Source: Chiloscyllium plagiosum (Eukaryota). From it: a stretch of 64,000 bases of DNA. Positions 54,486 through 64,000 of the stretch are shown piece by piece; position 1 is the first letter of the stretch, and the number at the start of each line of letters is the position of its first letter. The notes beneath the pieces are model-generated. The model was not told where the DNA came from. It saw only the letters and a list, made by a program, of their open reading frames with translations, and did no database searches. The stretch spans positions 34,311,239 to 34,375,238 of the forward strand of contig NC_057718.1 in NCBI RefSeq assembly GCF_004010195.1, read 5' to 3'. The position numbers were made by a program, and so were the translations under genes.

Positions 54486-55159
54486 CCTAAACACAAGCGA
54501 CCTGTTTAGAGTGTCGTTTCTTTCAGTAAGATGAGGGTTAAAGATGAATAATGAATGACTGCCTTGTTCATTTTTGTTTTCTGCAACCTGTTCCATAGAA
54601 CAAGCGAGGGTATGTTCACAGCTATATAACATTACATTATTAGATTACAGCGCTAGGCCTTTTCACGATGTAGAAGTGACTAAATCATGGTAAAGTCCTG
54701 CATCTTGAGCAAAGGCCTTGTTTACATGTTGTTAGACTTTCATGTGGTGCACTGAATGCCTATGTCTTAAGGAGTCTATTCTGCCTAGTGAAAATATATC
54801 CCCATTTCATTCAAAACATACAATAGACAATATTTAGGGTAAAAAATATTTAGGGTGTTGAGTAGATGAAACACCCTATCCCTTTGAGAAATGCTCATAC
54901 ACATGGTGAACAAAATGTATACAAATCGTAAAATGGGGTTAGTTTAAAGTCTTTCATTTAAAAAAACATGTAAGTACGTACGTACAATGTCCAGCACAAA
55001 TAGGGCCATTCTGTCCAATTACTTTGTGCTGGTGTTTACAGTCAAAAGCAGTGTCCTCACAAAGGCATCCATGGATACCACTCATTAAAAACAACTTTGG
55101 AGGTCAACAGCACAAAATGCTAACACAACACAGTGTATTATTGCTCGAGGACTTGAATT

Positions 55160-55657
55160 CAAAAATAGGCAAGTTGAATTAAATGCGTTTTGAACCCTGA
55201 TCTGGCTGAATGCAGTGTATTGGGCACAGTTTTCCTTGTCTCTCTCTCTCTCTCTCCAAAATGTATAAAACAACTGGATAAAGTGGAGAAATTACAAAAA
55301 CAATTCAGAAGAATAATAACTGAACTAAGAAATTTCTGTTCTTGTAAAAGATTGAGCCATTTAGAACATTTATCTTCAGAAAAGGAAAGACTTAAAGGTA
55401 ATATAGTAAAGTTGTTTAAAATTGTGAATGGTTTGGACAAGGGAGAATGTGGAAGGAACTCAGCTTTGGGAGAATTCATAATGATGGTTTCAAATATTTG
55501 GTAGTCACTAAGAAATCAAAGAGGATGATAAGTATGATTTTCTTTACTTCGGGAATAGTTAGAATGGTGAACTCATTTCCACAAGAAGTGTTGTGTCAAA
55601 TAACTAGATATTTTCAAAGGGAGGGTATAGTGATTGGAATGAGGGACTAGTGGATTG
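55160..55657 (+). mobile_element. Old CR1 3' fragment
   Basis: LDKVEKLQKQFRRII..SSEKERLKGNIVKLFKIVNGLDK. Confidence 0.65.
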
Positions 55658-55730
55658 CATTGATTATGTGATCCTTGATTGGGGTTGTTCAACTGGGAGG
55701 CCTGGCTGACAGATATAAGCAGGAGTGTTA

Positions 55731-56137
55731 GAGCCCGGGTGTCTCTGGAGAAGGCGCACATGGTGTCCACCAACACCCTTGACCTGTTCAGAGAGAGGTG
55801 GGTGCCGCAGGGAGTGGAGTGTATTATTTCCCCGTCCAATTCTATTTTGATTTAATCCCTGCCCTCCCCTTCACTGTTTGATCACGTAGCATTGCCCTTT
55901 AATGAGAAGGGCACTGCTTGTCACTGGCCACTTGGGTGTTTCTTTTCTTCCTAGTGGTGGAAATAGAATAACAATTTGTACACCTTGTGTCTTTCACTGT
56001 GTCCCACACCTGCACCTACAGTTAGATGGTAGTGTGGGGGGTAAAAGGGAAAAAAAAGGAAAAAGTCAAAAACAAAGAAAAAAAGACAAATAAATTAACA
56101 GGAGATTCTTTCATTGTGTCGCACAGTTGCAAAAAAA
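55731..56137 (+). mobile_element. Tx1/L1-clade LINE 3' end, copy 1
   Basis: ARVSLEKAHMVSTNTLDLFRERWVPQGVECIISPSNSILI*, 3' UTR and A-rich tail. Confidence 0.7.
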
Positions 56138-56152
56138 ATAAGCAGGAGTGTT

Positions 56153-56616
56153 CTGCTCCTGGGCCTGGCCAAACTGGCCATAAACAGGTCCAGGCAGAGG
56201 GCCGTGGAGGGGGTCGTTAGGACCGACTGCCTGCCCCTCTTCCACGGTTACGTTCGAGCCCGGGTGTCTCTGGAGAAGGAGCACGTGGTGGAGTTGTTCA
56301 GGGAGAGGTGGGTGCCGCAGGGAGTGGAGTGTATTATTTCCCTGTCCAATTCTATTTTGATTTAATTCCTGCCCTCCCCTTCACTGTTTGATCACGCAGC
56401 ATTGCTCTTTGATGTGAAGGGCACTGCTTATCATTGGCCACTTGGGTGTTTCTTTTCTTCCTGGTGGCGGAAATTGAATAAAGATTCATACACTTTGTGC
56501 CTTTCACTGTGTCTCACACCTGCACACACACACAACATGGGTGCTGGGGAAAATATAAGCACTACTGCAGTTAGGCAGTAGTGTGGGAGTTTAAAAAAAA
56601 GAAAAAAAAGAAAAAA
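56153..56616 (+). mobile_element. Tx1/L1-clade LINE 3' end, copy 2
   Basis: LLLGLAKLAINRSRQRAVEG..LFRERWVPQGVECIIS; aataaa and polyA tail; bounded by the TSD. Confidence 0.75.
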
Positions 56617-57199
56617 ATAAGCAGGAGTGTTAGCGACTCTCTGTATTCTAAGGACTGGCCCTGAGCTGGCTGGTCAGAGCCCATGTACTATGTACATGTA
56701 AATACAAGGTGACTTGATGATGGGATATCAGCCTGTGTGCAGTTAACTCAGAAAGTAAATGAACAGATGAGAAAAATAGTAATAGAGAGACAAGCTGAAC
56801 CGTTGAGTAGAGATGAGGTGAGATGTAAGTTTGATTTATATGGAGTATGGTTACCCAGTTAAATAACAAAAGCACCAAATTAAGATGAGCAAAGATGCTG
56901 CCAAAATGGAGAACTTCAGAGATAGTTTCCCAATTTTACTGAATCATTGTCAGTCAGAGTTGCCAACTCCAGTTGGATGCATTCCTGGAGGTTTCATTAC
57001 ATGATTTCCTGTCTCCAACCATCCCAATCAGTGAAGCAGCCTATTTCCACCCACTCCACTTAATGTACTAACATTTTCCTAAGAAAGGAACATATTAGTA
57101 CCATTGTAGTTTTAAAAACCTACAAAGTTATAGATTTAATCCTTAATTATCCTGTTTATTTTCAACAGACTTTTTGATTCATTGAGGAATTCATTATCT

Positions 57200-58430
57200 G
57201 GGCCAGCATTTATTGTCCATCCCTAGTAGCCCTTGAGAAGGTGGTGAGCTTAATTCTCGAGCAACTGCAGTCTACTTGACACAGGACATTCATTATGGAA
57301 GGAGTTCCAGGATCTTGATCCAGCAACACTAAAGGAATGGCGATAAATTTCCAAGTCAAGTTGCTGTGTGGCTTGGAGGGGAGCTTGCAGATGGTCATAA
57401 TCCCATTTATTTGCTGCCCCTAGCTTCCTAGGTGGCAGAGGTCACAAGTTTGTAAAGTGGAAATTAGGTGTGGAAAGGAGAATTCATGGTAATGGGTTTG
57501 GAAAGTGCTATTTAGCTCCACTAAAGGTAAAGTGATTTTCTGCAATGCATCTTGTAGATTGGTATATACTGTTGCTATTGAGCGTTAGTGTTGGAGGGAG
57601 TGAATTTTTGAGAATGTGGTGCCAAAAGACGCGAGCTGCTTTGTCCATGATGGTATTAAGTTTCTTGAGTGTTGTTGGAGCTGAATTTATCCAGCCAAAT
57701 GGGAAATGTTTCATTGTACTCCTGATTTGTGACTTTTTGATGGTGAACAGGCAATAGGGAGCCAGGAGATGGGTTGTTCCCTGCAGGATTCCTTACCTCT
57801 GACTTGCTCTTGTAGCAACAGTATTTAGATGTTGAGTCCAGTCCAGTTTCTGGTCAATGGTAAGTCCCAAGATGACGATAGAGGGGGATTCAGAGATGTG
57901 ATGCCATTGAAATCAAGGGCTGAAAGTTAGATTCTTCCTTGTTTGAGATGTTCATTGCCTGGCAACAGTATGGCATGAATGCTCCTTGCCACATGTCAGC
58001 CCTAAATTGAATAACGCCCAAGTCTTGCTGCATTTGGACATGATCTAATTCCATGTCTGAAAGTTGCGAATGATGCTGATCATTGTGCAATTATCAGCAA
58101 ACATTCCCACCTCTGACATTATGATAAAAGGAAGTTGAAGAAGGTTAAGATGTTGGGCCTAGGAAACCTCCGTGAGGAACCCTACAGAGATGGCCTGAAG
58201 CTGAAATGACTGACCTCAACAACCATGGCCATCTTCCTATGTGCCAGGTCTGATTCCACCAATTCCCATTTTCGCAGGTTTTGCTAGGGCTCCTTAATGC
58301 TACAGTGAGTCAAAAGCAGCTTTAATATCAAAGGTATTCACTCTCACTTCCCCTCTAGAATTCAGATTATTAATCTATGTTTGAACTAAGGCTGTAATAA
58401 AGTCAGAAGCTGAGTCCCCCTGGCAGACCC
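57200..58430 (-). mobile_element. Old CR1/L2-superfamily LINE
   Basis: Homologous to 20880-21985; QMQQDLGVIQFRADMWQGAF remnant. Confidence 0.6.
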
Positions 58431-58469
58431 CAAACTGGGGCAGCATGGTGGCTCAGTGGTTAGCACTAC

Positions 58470-59820
58470 CTTCAACAGGTAGCTGTGGAGCAGGACCATA
58501 AGACACAGAATTTTTAGCAAAATATTAGAGTGTCGTGCAAGTAGAATGATGTATTAAACAAATCCAGATTGTTGTTAAGTCTTTCATCTTTTAGAATGCG
58601 TTGCAGGTTTTGATTCATTAATATGTAAATCCCAGAACTTCTTCTAAGTCACATTCTTGAGATAACTTAAGGTAAAAAAAAGGTGACATCTCAGCTCAGA
58701 CAATGCGGTAAAGGTGGGAGGTTAGTCTGTCTGTAACCCAATCTTGAGTCAGACTGGTTCTATTTCCAAGGTGGAATTTACAAATATGGATTAACTTCCT
58801 GCATTGACTGCCTGCAGGTTGTGCATTGTTTGAGCAATATAAAATGTATCTGCAAATATATTTCTGCAAATACAAATTCACCCCGTAGTCTTACATGGGT
58901 CTGGGCATGCATAAAAGAGAGAGAGAGAGAGAGAGAGGGAGAGATAGAGTGAGTGTGTGCATTTGAGTATGTGCATGTGAGTGTGACTGTGAGTGCATGT
59001 GAGAGAGTGTGTGTTTGCGTGTGTGCAAGCTTGGTAAAATGTGTGTGTGAGTGTGATGGCATATAAGCCTGTGAGAGGGTGTGTGCATGGGTGTGAGTGT
59101 GTGGGGTATATGTGTGTGTATGAGAGAGAGCGTGTGTATGAGAGAGGGTCTGCGTGAGTGCGTGAATATCTAAGTGTGTGTGTGTGTGTATATGTGTGTG
59201 TGTAAAAGAGTGTATAGCGTAGGTATAGCGTAGTGGTATCATCTGTAGTGTAACATGAGCCATGAGGCCTTCCTCATGGGTTCCAATCTTGGCTATCAGT
59301 CTCTGCTCAGCCACTTTGCATTGTTGCCTGTCCTGATGTCTGCTTTGGAGGATGGTCACCTGAAGATCCGAGGCCAAACGTCCCTGACCGCTGAAGTGTT
59401 CCCTGGCTGGGAGGGAACATCCTGCCTGGTGATTGTGAGTGGTGTCCATTCTTCCATTGTCGTAGCATCTGCATGGTCTTGCCAATGTACCGTGCCTTGG
59501 GGCATCCTTGCCTGCAGCGTATAAGAGAGACAATGTTGGCTGAGTCACGAGTACCTGCCGTGTACATGATGGGTGGTGGCCCACGTGTAATGGTGGTATC
59601 CATGTCGACACTCTGACTTGTCTTGCAGTGGTTGCCATGACAGGGTTGTACGGAGTTGTGATTGATGTTGTCCTGAAAGCTGGGCAGTTTGCTGCGAACA
59701 ATGATCTGTTTAAGATTTGGCGGTTGTTTAAAGGCAAGAGGTGGAAGTACAGAGAAGGTCTTGGTGAGGTGGTCATCCTCATCAATAATGTGTTGCAGCC
59801 TGTGAAGTACTGGACAACGA
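58470..59820 (-). mobile_element. PLE fragment (GIY-YIG domain and UTR) joined to an HE1 head at 58437-58470
   Basis: SANIVSLIRCRQGCPKARYIGKTMQMLRQ GIY-YIG motif; UTR matches 51300-51970. Confidence 0.85.
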
Positions 59821-60019
59821 AGGCTAGCCTATTGGCTGTCTCCTGAGGAGATCATTATGGTTTCTTGCTGTGGCATGTCCACCTCAGTCCAATACTGGCT
59901 CCTCCACATCAATCCTCCTCATGGATCTTAAAAAAAACAGTGAAGGATCAGTCTCTGTTTTGGCTATTGAAATTTACAAAATCTGAAAGCTTTCTCAGAA
60001 ACAGTGATGAGGTTCTCAA

Positions 60020-60640
60020 TGTTAGAATTAGGATTAGCTTTATTGTCACATGTACTTAAATGAGTACCGTGAAAAGTTTATAAGTCGCCACTTACCATCT
60101 TAGGTACAAAAGCACCTTGGTACAGATTATTAAATTCAAACTGTCAGAGAAAATAAATAGAAAAATAAAGAAATAGAAAATTGAGACTAACAGTCCTTCC
60201 AACTCAGTTCATGCTGGCACCTAGCCTCTTGTGTGCGTCAGGCTTTGACTCCAGTCCGTGCTGAGCATCACCTTGAGGCTCCCGAGGCCAGGAACTGCTC
60301 TGGAACTCCTCACTGAGGCCATCCTAGGCTGCCAAGAGACTGCCACGCTGGCCTCCAAAAGACTGCCACGCCCAGCTGCTCAGAGACTGCCATGTCGGGT
60401 CATTAAGAGACTGCCACACTGTACTGGGAGATAGCCATGCTGTGCTGAGGAACCATCAAGCTAATCTGCCACACCAGGCCAAGAGGCCACCATGACATGC
60501 TGAGAGATTGCCACATCATGCCGAGAGATTGCCATGCCTGGTTTGCGCTGAGGTCCAGAGTCTGAGTCCGTACTGAGGCTGGGAGTTCAGGACATTGTCA
60601 AGAGGACCAGAGGACTTGCCCCACTATCATTTCTTGTAAG
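60020..60640 (-). mobile_element. Unclassified repeat with internal minisatellite
   Basis: tttattgtcacatgtac..gtgaaaagt end is the reverse complement of 33060-33140; degenerate ~20-25-bp gagactgcca units at 60335-60540. Confidence 0.5.
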
Positions 60641-61029
60641 AAATAAAATTTATAGAACAGCACTGGTGTCAGGTCAGCAAGTCTGGGAGCATTACAGCAG
60701 AGAGAAAAAGAGTTAATACTTTGACTTAGGTATGACTTTTGACTTAGGTGTGACTGTACTTTGGAAATGTTGAGGAATCATTGTGGAGTTCAAAAATTTA
60801 ACTCTGTTTCTCTCTCCACTGGTACTTCCAGGGGAATCTCATGCACTTTTTGTATTTATTGCAGATCTCCAGCATCTGCAGCACTTTGCCATTCTGTTTG
60901 TTCTAATGGAAACCAATTCTGAACATTCTGGCATGGTATACATAAACCTCTTATAGAACTATTGCAAGTAATAATTGTTGCCACCATATGTACATGAACA
61001 GTCTGTTGAGAATCATTTTCTTTTCTCAA

Positions 61030-61390
61030 CCAGTTGCTCAACCATTTAGGCCCAGATAGAGTGGACATAAAGACAGTTTTTTCCACCAGTAGAGGAGACT
61101 AGGACCCAAGGGCTCAGCCTCAGAGTGAAGGGGCGACCGGTTATAACTGAGATGAGAAGGAATTTCTTTAGCCAGAGGGTGTTAAATCTGTGGAATGCAT
61201 TGCCACAGAAGACATGGAGGTCAAGTCATTTAACGTATTTAAGGCAGACATAGATAATATCTTGATTTGTAAAGAGATCAAGGGTTATGGTGAAAGGCAG
61301 GAGAATGGGGTTGAGAAACATAAGAGCCATGATCCAATGGTGGAGCAACCTGATGGGCTGAATGGCCTAATTCTGCTCTGATAGCACATG
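61030..61390 (+). mobile_element. CR1 3' end
   Basis: TEMRRNFFSQRVLNLWNALPQK-type sequence; gggctgaatggcctaattctgctc tail. Confidence 0.75.
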
Positions 61391-62110
61391 GTCTTTTGAA
61401 AATGAATGCTAATATTTTCCTGAAAAGCTGATATATTTAACAAGCCCAAGTTGGTAGCCACACAGAATTTCAATATCACTAGATATTTACAGATAAAGAA
61501 GACCGGGCAGCCACCTTAATTTGTCCAGAGAAATCCTAATATCTCTCTTTTACTGCATTGACTTTTTTATCTGGTTCCAGTGTTTGGCCATCAATATTGT
61601 GCATGGAATTTCATGTCAAATGTCAATCATTCTCTGCATGGTAAATAAAATATCTTCTTTAAGATAGTCTTTTATTTGTTTAAATCTTGGTCCTTATCTC
61701 ACAGTTCAATTGAAAATAATATTCTGGATTAATTGTTTCATTGCAATTTACAGTTCTAATCAGCCCTTAAAAATCACTTCCTAGATGTCTTTTTCCTGGG
61801 TTGAAAAAGCTGAAGTCATCCCCAGCATCCTGCATTACGTTGCTGCCAATCCTTGCAACAGTCCAATAACTCTTCTATGCACTGCCTCCAAACTTTAAAT
61901 GTCTCCTTGTTTCTAGAAGACCTTGAGCACAGTACTCAATGCAATGTGCAGTCTGACCAGAGCACTTCACAGCCTGGTCATGGATTTCTCTGACTTCTAC
62001 ATTCCTTTCTTTCCTATCAAGTCAGGCTGCAAGACTGCAGTCTCTGTGTGCCCACTGCAAACAAGACCAAAGCTTACCCAGACAGTACACCCCCCTCCAC
62101 AGAACATCAG

Positions 62111-62329
62111 AGTTGAAAACTGTGGCTGGAAAAGCACAGCAAGTCAGGCAGCATCCGAGGAGCAGGAGAGTTTATGTTTCGGGCACAAGCCCTTCATCAG
62201 GAATGTCTTATGAAAGGTTTATGCCCAAAACATCGACTCTCCTACTCATCGGATGCTGCCTGACCTGCTATGCTTTTCCTGTGCCACACTTTGTGACTCT
62301 GACTCTCCAGCATCTGCAGTCCTCACTTT
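62111..62329. mobile_element. Fold-back PLE-derived element with TSD
   Basis: ~95-bp inverted arms centred near 62204; 16-bp TSD ctccacagaacatcag at 62095-62110 and 62330-62345. Confidence 0.85.
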
Positions 62330-63097
62330 CTCCACAGAACATCAGTGCTGCGACCTGTTTATTTTCTCTTCTTCCTAAATGACCATGTGGGCCTTCTCCC
62401 AATAATTCAGTCAAAAGAGTTCTAAGCAAGATTACTGTGAGCAATATTACCTGAAAGATTCAAATTTTCTCTCCCTGCTGTTTAACATACGTGTTAGTTT
62501 ATTAATTATGTCTCATCTTCACTGAAATAATAAATAGGAAATTATTAGAATCCGCCACACTGAAGAATCTAATGGACTAAGTATTAACAGTAATGAAGAT
62601 TTGGCATTTTCTAGCTGTTTATAGAGGCTGGATAAAATTTGCTCCTATGTGTTAGTGTGTTCACATCTGCAGGCCACTGACCTATTTCTCACAATGAGAC
62701 ATCTATGCAGCGAGTAAACACATAGCTATTCCCTGCCAAGTTTTCCTGCAGACAGTCAGGATGGAGTGGGAGGTTTATGGCATTAACACGAATCTTTTGG
62801 TTCTTTTTTGGCTAAGTGTGAGCTCCGTCAGGTGTTTTAGAGGGTTTGTTTGCCACGAGATTGAATGGGATTTTTCTCTGTATTCTACAAAACCCATCTC
62901 CTTAACTACCTCCCCTGCCCCTGTGCTGTCCCTCTTGTCTGATTTTATGCCCATCCTACCACGAGACATTCTTGAAACAACTCATTGCACAGCAGAAAAC
63001 TGGCAAAAGACCAACATCCCTGGTGCTCTTGCCATCTTTAAAAGCCATTGTGCACTCGAGCGAGTCTGCCTGGCTGGGTGAGGACCACAGGGCAAAG

Positions 63098-63315
63098 ATG
63101 GCAGAGAAGGGATTGTCGAACAGGGACTTGGAATTTCTTTTGGAGGGGCTGATGCAGGGGAGAGGCATTGTCCTCACAGAGCACCAGCAGAGGATGCCAC
63201 AACACCAGGTCCTAGCCGCCTGGTCTGAGGTCACCAGCTGAGTTGTGTAGACTCCATGGAATGGAGGTACAGCCAACAGTATGGCATGAAGGTCAATAAC
63301 CTCTTGCAATCCACT
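63098..63315 (+). mobile_element. PIF/Harbinger Myb/SANT-like ORF relic
   Basis: MAEKGLSNRDLEFLLEGL..QHQVLAAWSEVTS* then YSQQYGMKVNNLLQS, fitting the F(S/T)..E...L / W..(I/V) / QC..K..DL trihelix pattern. Confidence 0.65.
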
Positions 63316-63609
63316 GAAATTCCACACCTCACTCTCTGCTACCTCACACCTACTCTGTCTCTGCTACTGCACCCAACTCCCACCAATGCTCATGCTCTGC
63401 CACTCTCACTATTGCCTGCAAAGTCTTCACTCACCCGCTCTTACTCCCTCCCCAACTGCCCACATCACTAATCCTAATCCTGCCCTCTGTGCTGACTCCT
63501 CACTTCTTCAGAATGCCTTACAACCTTCCAACCACCTCGGCCAGCGTTAACTGCCACATCACCCATTTTCAGCTCCCTCAATCCTTCCCTGGCCCTCGTT
63601 CCAGGAGAA

Positions 63610-63930
63610 AACATTGGAACTGGAGCAGGAGTAGATAATTCAGCCTCTTTAGCCCGTTCCACCATGGGTGAGATCATGGGTAATCTCACCTCTACCTTAA
63701 CTCCCATTTCCTATGTGCTTCCCATAACCTGTTAACCTATAATAATCTATCTCCTCCTTAAATTTATTCAATGTCCTGGCATATATCACACACTGTGGGA
63801 TAGTGAATTCCACAAATTCATGACCCAATCTTTGTTTTAAATCTGCCACCCCTTAGTCTAAGTCTATGATCTCTTGTTCTCAAATGCTCCACAAGAGGAG
63901 ATATCCGCTTGATATCTACATTATTACCTG
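63610..63930 (-). mobile_element. CR1 3' fragment
   Basis: ggaactggagcaggagtag..ttcagcc tail like those at 31430 and 42620. Confidence 0.65.
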
Positions 63931-64000
63931 CCCAGTAGCTTTTTGCAATTCTTGCATGAGGGTACCCAGATCCGTGCAGGAATTCAGTGATGCTATGGGC

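Larger units (their letters stand above)
55660..56750 (+). mobile_element. LTR-like repeat split by Tx1 insertions
   Basis: Left part has a TATA-like gatataagc; right part 56632-56750 has a tgtaaatacaagg polyA-like region and ends in CA; resembles shark Gypsy LTRs as recalled. Confidence 0.5.

Noticed and set aside
58778..59785. Longest ORF (335 aa, minus) as a host gene
   Set aside because: It runs through a frameshifted PLE GIY-YIG remnant and CA/CT microsatellite (HTHTH, LSLSL).
60335..60540. Spaced gagactgcca repeats as a CRISPR-like array
   Set aside because: Degenerate ~20-25-bp minisatellite in vertebrate DNA; no constant repeat with unique spacers and no cas genes.

Overview
Eukaryotic, repeat-dominated genomic DNA, almost certainly from a shark or other elasmobranch (inferred from HE1-type tRNA SINEs and shark-type CR1 LINEs; species not determinable here). 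It reads as a large intron or intergenic region. I found no host protein-coding gene I can name; the ORF-track ORFs are either decayed retroelement fragments or have no recognisable product. Contents: about 15 CR1 LINE fragments, older L2 and RTE LINE relics, HE1 and Deu-type SINEs, several Penelope-like elements (PLEs) with short non-autonomous derivatives, three PIF/Harbinger Myb/SANT relics, a TA-flanked MITE, Tx1-clade LINE 3' ends, probable solo LTRs and a 250-N assembly gap. Most notable: (1) minimal type I hammerhead ribozyme motifs with family-specific covarying stem II in at least four PLE families, including short fold-back elements with their own TSDs; (2) two Tx1 copies at the same site of an LTR-like repeat with a triplicated 15-bp TSD; (3) an exact 192-bp duplication inside a decayed RTE. 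Repeat boundaries are approximate unless TSDs are given, and family names come from motif recognition, not database searches.
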